A DNA stretch of 63,639 nucleotides, filler included, from Asterionella formosa (taxonomy: Eukaryota), in the NCBI GenBank assembly GCA_002256025.1. It is 13 parts of 13 records of this genome, joined end to end, with 100 filler letters (N's around TTAATTAATTAA, not from the genome) between each part and the next. Parts side by side here need not be neighbours in the genome. Positions count along the whole stretch, not along the records: positions 1 to 23,422 come from NKIB01002483.1; 12 more parts are not named here. One strand, given 5' to 3'. The position numbers and the translations under genes were made by a program. Under the pieces are notes generated by a model. That model did no database searches. It was not told the DNA's origin and worked only from the letters and a program-made list of their open reading frames with translations. Shown here piece after piece: positions 1 to 12,145 of the stretch (positions are counted from its first letter, which is position 1; each line of letters starts with the position of its first letter).

Positions 1-87
1 GTAGTTGAATTGAGGCGAGGTGGCGTTCAAGTTCGCATCAGTCAAGTTTTGGATCACTTGACTATTGCTAGAACTGAAGCGGAAGGA

Positions 88-611
88 TGCCAAAATTAGC
101 AAGGTCGCCGACAACTTCATTGGAAGTCGATTGCTAGGAGAAAAGGGTATTTTGGTTGGCAAGGTTGACTTGGCGACGGGGGAATGTTGGGGTGAAACAG
201 AAGGATTGCCGCGGTGGGTTCTGGAAAGTAGTAATGTACAAGGAGACTGTTTTCGAAACAAAAGTTTTACCGCGGTGGGTTATGGAAAGCAGTAATGTAC
301 ACAGGGAGACTGTTTTCGGATTATTATTGATTTTTACATATACATATTCACAGCCAATGATTGCGGATGGGATGGATACATAGGGTGTGAGTCTTGCCTG
401 ATCTTTCCTAATAGCCTATGTATAGCCTCATCTGCAAAGGTATGGCGTAGCGAGCGCTTTCTTTGTACTTACGGTACCAGGGTACCACTGGTATCGGTAC
501 TTTGCTTTATTGGGAGCACTCTGATAATAAAATAAATAAAATCATTTCATGTGTGTATAATAACACAAATTATTACGGTGATTTCATACAGTGTGATTTC
601 TTCCTTTGTCA
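88..611 (+). mobile_element. Probable 3' LTR of a Copia-like retrotransposon (window starts inside the element)
   Basis: Purine run GAAGCGGAAGGA directly followed by TGCCAAAA at 88; ends ...CTTTGTCA at 611 (imperfect TG...CA inverted ends). Contains an AATAAA cluster (~526-540) and an internal ~60-bp tandem duplication (~209-255, ~270-318). Same PPT-TG layout as the Copia end at 59970. Confidence 0.4.
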
Positions 612-1864
612 ACTATAGTGTTTCCATACCTACAAAATAATTCTCGGCAAATCCAGGCATGGATCAGCTGAAATCAATGCCTGATGCCTGATGATACCAG
701 CTGCCATCAAAGACAAAGAAATGCAGCATCAAGCAAGGCTTGCAGTTTTTGAGAAATTTGAAGACAATGAGGACCAGCAACAAATGATGTATCTGGAATG
801 GTTCAATGGATGGCAGCAGTTGGGTTTAGACACAAAAATCGACAAAAACACTACTTTGTAGATGTTCATGAAAAGCGAGACACTTTGGCCTATCGACCAC
901 CAGCCATTCTATACTGAAAAAATGCAAGAAGCACAAAAAGTTGAGTGCCCATTTATGGATTCAAGTTTCAGTAGTGCAACAAATACAGGTGCATGGATGA
1001 CTCCTCCCTTTCATTAGATATGCAGCCATGTAGCGATAATTCTACAAGACCTATAGGATTTGTAGTCTCGTGGTCATCATTTCCGCACTGTATATACCAG
1101 TAGGAGTCATGTATGCATGCATGCTGCGATAATTCTTACAAGACATAAAAATTTGGTAGCTTGGGGGTAATCACTTCCGTACTGTATACAGGGGGGGGGT
1201 TTACATGCATGACAAACAAGCAACTCCGGTATAAAGTGTTATCTTTAATCAATAAATTTTGATTTGTTTATCCTAATACCTATGATCATATCATACTGAT
1301 CATATGATAAACGGTGTCATTGATGAGAAAATGAAAGATCAAAATATATTTTCAGGCATTAGGATCAATTGATCTTAAAAATATGATCAAATGATCCTAA
1401 ACACATGAGGATATTCAGTTTTCCACTGCACTATTATGGTACTCCTACTATTGTGGTATTTCCATGATGGAAGTAGTACCCAGCAAGTATACAGTACTAC
1501 CAGTAGGCCATATGAATTTTTCGACTGTATATGGTCAATGTGTCTATATACATAAATGTATGATTTAGACCATTTGAAAATTGGTGATGACTCCCGATTA
1601 TTAAGGGGCTTAATTAAGTGAGCCACTGACTTGTAAGAACAAGAATTGACACAAAACAAATTGAAAAAATTCAACAGGTCGTGGAAAACTATGAACTCAT
1701 CATGCATTGTATTTTTTTAATTATGTATAGTCAAAATTGATTTTAGTATACACAGGATGTGCAGTATAATGAGCGTGTTTCAAACTATGCAAATGTTCAA
1801 CTATATATACATTTAATCTTAAAAATCTTTATATGTATGTATTCATGGCTGAAACATTTGAAAT

Positions 1865-2120
1865 CATGTTTTTCATGTTCCTTGTCATGCATACAGTTTG
1901 CTCCTGAAATGAAGGATCATCACACATCATGATGACATGGAAAACGAAAGTTATCATACAGCACAATGATACTTGCCTGCTTAGAAGAGAAGGGCAGAAT
2001 CAATTGATGGTAAGAAGTCAAGAGCAAATGCCTTTCATGTTCCTTGTCATGCATACACTTCCTGAAATGAAGGATCTCAAGCAACACATGATGCGAAAAA
2101 CTGAAGTGACAATACAGCAC
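1865..2120. repeat. Tandem duplication, period ~165 bp
   Basis: TTTCATGTTCCTTGTCATGCATACA...CCTGAAATGAAGGATC...CATGATG...ATACAGCAC occurs at ~1871 and ~2033. Confidence 0.75.
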
Positions 2121-2239
2121 GATAAGAATGAGTGAATATGATGGAGAAGGGCGGAATCAACAGGCTGTGCATAGCATCACGGTTTGTCAAGAGCAAATGC
2201 CTAGATGATCAATTTCTGGGATTTAACAAATACGGAATG

Positions 2240-3184
2240 ACTTGTCCCCTTTCGGTGATTCAATAGCTCCTTTTCCATTTGGTGGCTGGCCAACCATCAA
2301 TATGGACAATAGAAATCGGGGGTAAGTGCTACCATCTTTGGATAAATCCACAACTGTTAGAAAAACTGACTCATGTGTGTTGCTTCTTTCAGGATAATGG
2401 TAAACAAACAGTATTTGTAAGTTACAAACAGCAGCGTTGGATCCTATTTAGCTATTGATCGATACTTGCTTATTCAATGTTCAAGTGACACATTATTTTG
2501 CAGAAATATGAATCTTTTACTTCATCAATTTGTGGTATGTGAAGATTGAAGTGAACTGCGTGTTGTTGTGTAAGCAAAACTTGAACAGCTAGCTAACAAT
2601 GAATTGCTTCTCTTTGTTAGTATGGCTGATTGGAACAACGAAACGGATTCAATAGTAATAGGAAAATGCGTGAATGCAAAGAACTCAGATCCGTCTGGAG
2701 TAAATGGAACAAATCAGGGAAACAACGGCAAGGCAACCAGTACAACAACCTTGAGAATTGGATTGGGGGGAAGGTGGAAGTGAAAGCACCAATCATTGCT
2801 ATGAGAGAATTTTAGAACATTCTGTAGCCACTCAAGATATAGAAACATAGTAGAACCATGCTTAAATATTGTTCTAAATTTCTATCAATTTCATCCTATT
2901 TTAGACAGTGATATCGTTGAGAATTACGATCATGCTAAGATAGATGTATGACAAAAGTAAACACATCATATGACCATGTTAAACAAATTATATGATGCAA
3001 TGGTATTACAACCTTGATAACATCATCATACTTCAAGCTCGGTAAAAGTTTACTGTATGATCATAATTATTTGATACATTGATCATATTTTTGATCGAAA
3101 AACTATCATATATGTAAAAATCCTGTGCCAATTAAAGTACGATACACTTGATCCTTTATGCATGTTTGTTTTTATCTGCAGACG
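2240..3184 (+). repeat. Dispersed repeat family A, diverged copy 1 (intron/micro-exon-like structure)
   Basis: Shares blocks with 5560-6705 and with the reverse complement of 62520-63639, e.g. TGATTCAATAGCT, GGTAAGTGCT, TTCAAGYTCGGTAAAA, AAAATCCTGTGCCA, GTACGATAC.CTTGAT, TTTTAT.TGCAG. Confidence 0.7.
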
Positions 3185-4339
3185 TACCTTGCAGTCATTC
3201 CTCCTGATGTCAAGAAATCGGCTGCTATTGACGATCCTATTTCTTATTGTTGATTGTAAAGTCTTTTGTTTTCCTCTGCCAACCCACCTCCTCCTGCTCA
3301 TACTCTAGTTCCAGTCCAAAAGTACTACTCTCATCTGCCTCAGACTCCCCAACACGTATACAGTTCTGGTCCGCCGCCTCCACAACAAGCAATCTACCAT
3401 TCCGACCTTTGCCCCACCAACAATATTGTATAATCCTATCAGCAGCAATATTTTCATCCTCCACCCATCTGCAAATAAGAACTATCATATTTCCATTATG
3501 CATCATAGGATTGTGATCATCTGATCATAATTTTTCGTTATATCATCTAATAATTTCGATAAATGCCCTTGTAATTTAAATAGTAAACCCTTTGACTACA
3601 TATATTTAAGCATTATATGTATTGTTTCTATTAGATTCCTGTATTTGAATTTCTTGGTAGGATAATGGACGAGTTTTGAACCGAATTACGACCTTTGTAG
3701 TGATTGAGTTCAGTGACCAATTGATAATATCCTTTGGCAAGTGCAAAATGTTTTTCCTCAGTTTGTCATGTACTTCTTGGTCCGTGCGATTAGAAAATTT
3801 AGGATATGGTACCATGTCATCCATCTGCATCCAGGAGTTATTAATGGTATCATCAACAGGAGCCATTTTTCTTGTATCAACAACTGAAAAAGAAATGTCA
3901 TCATCGCTTTCAGTATAAATTATGGGAGCCCTTGTACTAGTAGCTGATGGTGTCCCTATCGATGATGGGGTAGTACCCCCACTTACTCCCTGTCTCCGAT
4001 TGGGTTGCTTTGGATAATTGCCTATTCTTTTTTTCTTTGTAAACTCATTTTGGTACTTGCTTCTTTGTTCCATACCGGCAGTATTTGCCACATGTTGCTT
4101 GTTTCCATGAATCTCCTTATGGTTTTTTGAAGACATTGTGCTACTAGATAAGTGTTGTCGTTGTCTTCCTTAAAGTTCGATGATCTTAAAAAATCAGGTG
4201 TTGCTAGCTACAATGCATGAAATGAATCATCAGCCACTACAAACAATATTTTACGCTGTCTAGATATGATACCATAAGACCAACAGTGCTATTTACATTA
4301 TCATATACAAAATCAGAACCGAGTTTGAGTAATAGCATA

Positions 4340-5021
4340 TCTTGTTTTCAATTATACGATTATACAATCATGATACTATGATGCTTTACTGTCCCAATGT
4401 AGTAGCAACAGTCATGAACATATGGTGTTCTGTTGCTCGCTTACTGCTCCGACTACTCTCTTTCAATTTTACGATTGTACAATCCTAAAACTATGATGAT
4501 TTACTGTCCCGCTGCAGTAGCAACAGTCATGAACATATGGTGTTCTATTGCTCGCTTACTACTCCGACTATTCTTTTTCAATTTTACGATTTTACAATCA
4601 TTAAACTATGATGATTTACTGTCCCTCTGCAGTAGCATCAGTCATGAACATATGGTGTTCTGTTGCTCGCTTACTACTCCGACTACTCCCTTTCAATTTT
4701 ACGATCGTACAATCCTAAAACAATGATGATTTACTGTCCCTCTGCAGTAGCAACAGTCATGAACATATGGTGTTATTGCTCGCTTACAACTCCGACTATT
4801 CTTTTTAAATTTTATGATCATACAATCCTAAAAATATTATGATTTAATGTCCCGATGCAGTAGCAGCAGTCATGAACACATGGTGCTCTGTTGCTCACTT
4901 ACTAATCCGACTATCCTTTTTCAATTTTATGATCATATGATCCTAAAACTATGTTGATTTTCTGTCCCTCTGCAGTAGCATCAGTCATGAACATATGGTG
5001 TTCTGTTGCTCGCTTACTACC
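4340..5021. repeat. Minisatellite, ~6 copies of a 115-bp unit
   Basis: CATGAACAYATGGTG recurs at 4413, 4528, 4643, 4758, 4871 and 4986 (spacing 115,115,115,113,115); the whole unit is conserved. Confidence 0.95.
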
Positions 5022-5559
5022 TGGGACTCTGACTACCTGGTACCCCCAGTATATCACTTCCTACCTGCTACTGGTACTCTTTATATATATGATAAAATGT
5101 TATTGTCATATGATATACTGGTACACATGAAGAACTCCCGCCCAAAAAGGGTCTTGAACAATTTGCTACCAAAATCCTTGCATATAAATAATGATACAAA
5201 TGGGTTATGACTTAGTACACCAATTGAATGGTCTAAATTATTAGTTCCAACGGACATAGAAAATATTGATGCAAACAAATTTCAAAAAAACAGAACCGGT
5301 ACACGAAGTCGTGGAAAACAATGGAAATATCGTGCATTGAATATTTTCGGATTATCTATATGCGAATATGATCATCTCAACAATACCAGACGTTCCATAT
5401 TGAGAGTGCCTTTGATTTCAATAAATGTACGACACTAGGTATATTTATATATTTACAAATTTTATAACTATATACATGGCAAATATATTTGAAATCGTTC
5501 TGTCATGTAACAAACAATGTCTGTTTCATGAAAAGAAATATCGTAGTAAAGCAAATGAC

Positions 5560-6705
5560 AAGGAAAGGTTAGGTAATAACGAAAAACATTGTGGCTTCGA
5601 CACATTGCGCCTTCGAAGGATGGAGTATGTTTAAGGTAATGAAGCCATCAATATGGTACTTGGATGACAATCATTGGGAGGACAACAACACATTGTAAAC
5701 TAAACGCACATTTCCTTTTTTCTCAGTTGATTCAACAGCTTGTTTCGCTTGTTGGGGAGCACCAATGTAAAACAAAAGAAAATTGGTAAGTGCTCTTGTT
5801 GTTGGACCTATTCACTTCTGATGGATCATAACTGACGGACACGCTACGGTTCCCTTCTCTCAAAGTTAAGCTAACGAAAATGAATCGGTAAGATTTATTC
5901 GACAAGATTCGATACCTGAAACTTACTTATTGAACAATTTACTGACAATTTACTATTACAGACTTATGCATCACTTGCTTTGCTATGTGGTAAGTGAAGC
6001 AAGCAAGAGGATACGATGGAATGGCGTGATATTGCTTGTGTCAGTGTAACATGTCTAGTTAACAAGTCATTCCTTCTCATTGTTACTGTAACTGCACAGG
6101 ACAAAAAGACCGATCAAACAATGGAATAGTTGGCGAGTTCAGAATGACACTAACAGCAGCGAGAGAGACGCAACATTACTAGTAAGGCATTGCTTGGCAC
6201 ACAATTCAAAATAGAGGAATAAAAGGGCGAGACAGGAATATATATGAGACGAGTGGAGAGAAGAGAAACATTCCTCAGGTAGCTGTCAAAACAGAAATAT
6301 CAATGTTAATTTTTTGTTAATTAAATTTTGATCCATTCCAATCCTTTTTGAACAATTCTTGTGATTAGAATTATGATCATGTTTACGATAGATTTACGAT
6401 GAAACATTTCACATGATAGCATAGAGTTGAGCTGGTTTTAGGATGTGTTGTAGTAATAATTTACATCTGGCAATCACAAGAATTGAAAATAATCTGAGGA
6501 GTTTTATGATATTGATGAGAAATGTTGTTGATCAGTTGATATACATTGTGTGATGATTATGTTCTTATTGTCATTTAACTTCAAGTTCGGTAAAATATTA
6601 ATAAATCATAGTTTTGATCCAAAATTATCATATATACGAAAATCCTGTGCCACTTAGCGTACGATACCCTTGATTCTATATGCATGATATTTTTTATTTG
6701 CAGAC
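5560..6705 (+). repeat. Dispersed repeat family A, copy 2
   Basis: Colinear with the reverse complement of 62520-63639 (e.g. TTCGACACATTG..CCTTCGAAGGA, CTCAGTTGATTCAA, ACTGACAAT.TACTATTACAGAC, AAAATCCTGTG.CACTT.GCGTA). Confidence 0.85.
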
Positions 6706-7535
6706 GCCAGCGCTACCACCATAACAAATGTACTACTCCCATCATGCTTCTCCTCCAATACTATCATCTTCCGCCTCCAGCCAGTCAACCACCAGCCGAC
6801 TCCGACTCCAACCCCAGCACCCACCCATCCATCACAACATCACCAACATCCAGTGGCATATGCAATTACCCCAGCTCCTCCTTCATATTGGAAAAATCTC
6901 ATTTTCTGTGGTGACAGGTGACATAACGGAAAAGGAGAGTGTTAGTTTTTGTGACATTGAACTTAATAATGTGTTTTGTTGTCGATTTTCTCAACCCCCC
7001 TCCTCCCTACTTAAATCATCATCTCGTCGCTTAGCTTTGATGTTGATGAATTTTTCGATGGTCCAAAATTTTTTCTTTTCCGTGGTGTGTCTTGAACTTT
7101 TTGAAAAACCCGACTTCTACCGTTATTTTGCCTGTCATGCTTACATCGGCAATTTTATTGCCGAAAAATTCGATGTGCTCCATATCTCTCCATATTGGGA
7201 CACTCCTGTTGGCACATGAATGGCTTGCCAAGTAGTACAGTATCAACCCGGTTTCATATGTAGCGGTACATAGGAATGGGCTGCTGCACATTACTACGAT
7301 TATAGGTCAATACCAGCAGTTTTGACGACATCATACACCGGAGCAAATGCTTAACATTTGCCGGCTGCAACAAGGACTTAATGCAAATTGCCCATTCGCA
7401 ATCAATCAATTTTTAGTAGATAATAGCCTTATTTCACATCTTTTGCTTCGATTCTTCATGTTAATACTGTTGTCGTAGTCTCATTTGCTGTCCAGCTACT
7501 GTAAAAGTTTTGTATCTACTCGTAGCATCGTGGTT

Positions 7536-8130
7536 TAAAGATTGCGCATCTCTAAATAAGATGAAAATTGTGCCAGAGGCGACTTAAATTTTCGTGATCA
7601 ATATTAGTGCTATTATGATTATTTTTTTACGATTGTACTACCTATTTCGTGTTTGATATATGTATCCAAAAGGAAAGCATAGTTCTCATTTTTCGTCGAG
7701 ATATTCGCTATTTTCACCATGGTCCACACTGCAACGACATGATGATGAAGGATTCTCCAGCCGCTTGCAACTACAGAACTACCGGTGCGTATTCAGTATC
7801 ATAGTTATAGCTACAGTATGATTACATAGGTTGTACGTGACTGTGATGGCAGCAGCGTTGAAATGATGACGTCACAAAAAGCAAAGTTGCTACTTTAAGC
7901 AAAACAAATGAGAAGCAAGTGGCAGAATAAGCAAAACAGATTGGTCTCAATATTTCGGGCTAAATCAGACTAATGCCAAATAAATATAGGAACAACAAGC
8001 CGGTCGGGTTGGTTTATTAAACAGATGTCAAGAAGAAACACATATATCAATTTGGAATTGGAATCAGTATTGCCGGTACAAAGTCATATGTGGAACTAGA
8101 TATAGCAAAATTACCGCAACTTGCTGGTAC
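7536..8130 (+). repeat. Dispersed repeat family B copy
   Basis: Colinear with 58355-58993 (AAAGATTGCGC.TCTCTAAAT ... GATGATGAAGGATTCTCCAGCCGCT ... AGCAAAATTACCGCAACTTGCTGGTAC). Confidence 0.9.
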
Positions 8131-8221
8131 TCGAGGTTGCTGCCCTTGTATACGCTAGTATGAAATGATTTAACTTAGGTGTTGCGATTTCTTTCTATTT
8201 ATTAAACGAGACAGTGTAAGA

Positions 8222-8460
8222 GTAGTTCTTGTGAGCGACTGGAGAATCCTGCATTATGCCGTCTCCGCCTTGACCATGATGAAATGAGGGAATTTCGCCA
8301 CGAAAAATGAGGATGATGCTTTGCTTTTGGGTACTACATATATCTAACACGACATAAATAATACAATCGAAAAATTAATTCATAATAACATTAATTTTGA
8401 CAACGAAAATTGAAGTCGCCAATGACTCATTGCTTCATGTGGTTTAGACTATGCACAATC
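8222..8460 (-). repeat. Inverted, diverged partial copy of repeat family B
   Basis: Reverse complement aligns with 7540-7785 (GGCGACTT.AATTTTCGT, AAAGCAT..T.CTCATTTTTCGT, AGGATTCTCCAG.CGCT). Confidence 0.75.
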
Positions 8461-9439
8461 CAAAATGAAGAAGTTACAAAGGCCAAGATTTAACGCTCTC
8501 ACAGCATGCAACATGTTACACTACAGTAATCTGTGGGTTAAACCAAATTTTGTTTGATTCTCTCTTTAACAATATTGCAATTAATAGTCCATTGATATTT
8601 TAAAAATTAATCTTTTGCTTGCCAACAACAAATAGGATTTGCTAACTTACAAATAGAATTTGCTGACTATGAATAGAAGTTACTGAGTGATTTGTCAACT
8701 CTAGAACAAAACTGTCTTCCAGTTCCTGAATACTATTACCTGTAGAAGCAGTTGAACACGATTTCGATGATTTTGATGACCAGAAGATGACTTGGATTTA
8801 CTGAATGATAATTTAACAGCATAGAAAGTTACTTAAGAGAGTTCGAAATGGAAAGCCAGCCTAGCCCTTCTGGTAAGCATGGGACGAATCATTGAGACGA
8901 GTCGAAACTGAAAAAGTGCGCATAAAACATGCACTACCGGACCTTCCTGATGCACAAAGACGGTACGCACAGCATATCATATGACATAATACGTATCGCT
9001 TCGATTGCATCATTTCGGTATATTTAAGGAAAAAAGTGACGTGATAGTCAACAGAAAATAACGGTTTTAATAACGGTATGTATGACACACCAGTACTGGT
9101 ATTATTAGTGAATGCATCGCTCATCCAAAGAACAGGACAAAACGCCCATCATCAGCCGAAGCAAGGAGCAAAATACAACCACACGAACAAACTTACCGGT
9201 ACCTACCCTGGTACCTGGTACCAGGGTACATACAACCAGTTTCGCCAGAATGTATCAATGATGATACACTTTTTGTTTGTCGTCATAAATCAATTATACT
9301 TCTGCGAATCAGTGCTTTGCTTATTTACCGGTGCTCCTATCAATCAATTGTTAATCCTTGGAATAAAACACAAGAAAGTCTCTAGAAAATAACTCATTCC
9401 AAATTCATTCTCGATTCAACCGAAACGCCCTGCAAATAA

Positions 9440-9913
9440 ATGCAATCCAACGATCCCCTTATGAACCGATATCAGAATGCGGTTTGCCTGTACGACCCCG
9501 AGGCCCTGTTGGAGGTCTCTCCGGAGGTAGCACAGGGCTATCTCATATTGCTTTCTAGCTGCTGGAACGAGGATTTAACCTTACCTTTTGCCAGTTTGAC
9601 GGACGGGAATGTATTGGATGTTTGCTTTGGATGTCATCCTCAACGTCCAAATCTTCAGACTCCAGCTTGGTGTGCGTGCCGAGATGCCAAGGTAGCACTT
9701 TCGTCGGCCGCATTGTCTGGATCTGCGTTTATCAAGCTGGCAATTGATACATATACGAGTGCGTTTACGATTGTGAGCCAGTATCACACGGAAGTGCATG
9801 CGATGCATTGTTGTTTCCGATGCTTTCTACGAGGGTCGAAGCATAAGAAAGCCAAACATGACTTGGAACAGGCATTTGCGATTTTGATGGAAGCAGTTGC
9901 TTCGGCGGCGTAG
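9440..9913 (+). CDS. Hypothetical protein, 157 aa, Cys-rich
   Basis: ATG-started ORF in GC-richer coding-like sequence, convergent with the ankyrin gene; no family recognised. Confidence 0.6.
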   Translation: MQSNDPLMNRYQNAVCLYDPEALLEVSPEVAQGYLILLSSCWNEDLTLPFASLTDGNVLDVCFGCHPQRPNLQTPAWCACRDAKVALSSAALSGSAFIKLAIDTYTSAFTIVSQYHTEVHAMHCCFRCFLRGSKHKKAKHDLEQAFAILMEAVASAA

Positions 9914-10072
9914 CTACATATTTAATAATCCTCTATAGGGAGGTGATTAGTCTAATTGTACAGTATATAATATATCATAGGTCCAGGTATTTAGAAATTG
10001 ACGACGAATAGGACAATACGTTGTCACCCAGCGAACAAGTCATCAAATATAACGATCTAAGGGAATCAATAA

Positions 10073-11059
10073 TTATCGTTTACTGCAGGAACATGCTCGA
10101 CAAACAAGGCCACTCCCTCCCTTGTTGCGAAACAACGCAAAACAGGTCTTGCCACATGCAACACACATTCTACCCCGTGGCAAGTCGTCTGAAGCATTTC
10201 CTGATGAATTCTCTTGGCGCAAATGCAATGGCGTAGCTGGGATATCGAGACTTTTTACTGCAGTGGCACCTGCTAGTGCGTTATCATGGTCTCTCGAAAG
10301 GGAATTGCTCTGGTGCTGCGAACTTACCGACGTTGACAACGTTACCCTAAATGCTGTCTCCCAAGATGCTGTTAAACACCCTTCACTGCAGTCAAGACAA
10401 AAAGCTGCGTTGTCTCTAAGGTGCTGGGGCAAAGCTGACATGCTGGATGACGAAATACTTATTGACGAATTGTCAGTACATGATTGCAATAGAAAGACAC
10501 ACTTGTCCCAGTCTGCTGTTTCTCCCGCTATTTCATCCCATCGTTGAACCTTTTCCCGCTCTTCCTTTTGAAAGGGCTGCAGTTCCACACCTACTTGCAA
10601 AGGAGTTTTGCCATTTGAATCCGTTATTGCAAGTGCTTCCTTTAATTGCTCGCGGCATCGCAGTGCATCAATCAGTAGCTGAACTGCTAAATGTCGGCCT
10701 CCCGCTGTTGCTTTGTGCAGTGGAGTCATATTGTCTCCAAAGCTGACATCTTTCGAAAGCAAATTTGCCTTTGCGTCAATCAATAGTCTCATTGTGGTCA
10801 CAGCTCCAGAAAAGCTGGCACGATGAAGTGGAGATGCACCACATTCTTCCGCGTCTACATTGGCGCCACGTCGTAGCAAAAAAGCTGTAGCTGCTACATG
10901 CCCATGCTGAGCGGCAAAATGCAGTGGCGTGTAACCCCCCGCGTCGGTTCGATGAACGCGTCCTTCAGCAAACGACTTTGAGATAGATTGTAGGTCTCCG
11001 TATTCTGCCGCTGTAAAGGTTGATAACCTCAAAGGGAGCTGTTTGCATGGGCAGGTCAT
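10073..11059 (-). CDS. Ankyrin-repeat protein (ANKRD39-like) with C-terminal CxxC...CxxC putative zinc finger
   Basis: Ankyrin motifs GYTPLHFAAQHGH, GASPLHRASFSG, NMTPLHKATAGG, GKTPLQ; C-terminal CVAC...CRAC. First ATG is at 11059 (track start 11065 is GTG). Confidence 0.9.
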   Translation of the reverse strand: MTCPCKQLPLRLSTFTAAEYGDLQSISKSFAEGRVHRTDAGGYTPLHFAAQHGHVAATAFLLRRGANVDAEECGASPLHRASFSGAVTTMRLLIDAKANLLSKDVSFGDNMTPLHKATAGGRHLAVQLLIDALRCREQLKEALAITDSNGKTPLQVGVELQPFQKEEREKVQRWDEIAGETADWDKCVFLLQSCTDNSSISISSSSMSALPQHLRDNAAFCLDCSEGCLTASWETAFRVTLSTSVSSQHQSNSLSRDHDNALAGATAVKSLDIPATPLHLRQENSSGNASDDLPRGRMCVACGKTCFALFRNKGGSGLVCRACSCSKR

Positions 11060-12145
11060 CTTCACTGATGTTGACGTTTACAGGCACGACAGCACTTGTC
11101 CCTCTGTGTTGGTTACGGTGCAGCCGATTGTTCACTACACTATGGTGACGGCACAACTCTCATTAGCGAAACACTGAGGTAGCATGCATGGAATCGATTG
11201 CTGAAGGCAATACACGCCCGAGGTGGTCTCTTGCCTACAGTCTGTACTGGGCTCTCGCTGTACGTTTCACGCTGGTTCCCTGGTACCTGGTACACACCGT
11301 TAATAATATGATACTAACTACCGATATACCAGCGGTTGATTGCGTAGACCCTACCAGGTACAATTGCGTGTACATACAGTACCGGTAGTTGTACTATTAT
11401 ACCTGTATCATACAGTATCATCCTGGTGTGCGTCGTAAAATCGCTCTCCTTTTGTTTCTGGTTATGTGACGTCAAAGTGCAATTGTACGCTTGGTCTGTA
11501 TTTGGACGAACGTAAATTCCGCTGGCCGGGGTTGTGTAGCCTCACGTAGAAGTTGTAGGATTGAGAACTGATGGATGGTTGCCGTTCGCTCACCACAGCA
11601 GCAACTGTGCTGCCGTGCCATTAGATCTGTGCCAAGTAAGAACAGAACAAGCAACCTCGTTGTTTACAGTGCGCAGATCAAGTACCTGGTACCAGGTACC
11701 TGGTATTGGTCGTTAGTAATTACCTAGTACTGTACTGGTTTGGGTAAACATGCAGCAGAGGACAATTGACTGTACGAGCCGCACCTGGTTCGAGGAGTAC
11801 CTGGTACCATATACGAGTGCAAGTTGTACAGGATCACTCGGTAGATAGAAGCAATGCCGAGCTACAACCAAAAGTGTGTGCTTTGTACAAGCAAGGAATA
11901 CGCCGACACAAAGTAAACCCTTGCAACCAAAGAGAACCCCCTTGAAGATCAACAAAACAAAGCCGTCTGCATGTGCTGCGACAGTCAACGAAGAAGGGAT
12001 ATATTGCATCGAAGACTGGCATTTAAACGACAATAGAACGCATTCACAGAAAAGGAACGCAATTTATCCGTACGAAAATCTCCGATCGATTTCGGTCTGA
12101 TCAATTTACCCGGAAGGAGTTAGCGCAAACATTGGCTTCCTGATC

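Noticed and set aside
620..1710. Possible transposase or Ulp1-like protease relics
   Set aside because: Only vague resemblance in broken frames; not supportable.
3606..4136. 176-aa minus-strand ORF
   Set aside because: Low-complexity ORF inside a repeat-rich region with no recognisable domain; coding status unsupported.
4340..5021. CRISPR-like regularly spaced repeats
   Set aside because: The whole 115-bp unit repeats, so there are no unique spacers; no cas genes; eukaryotic context.
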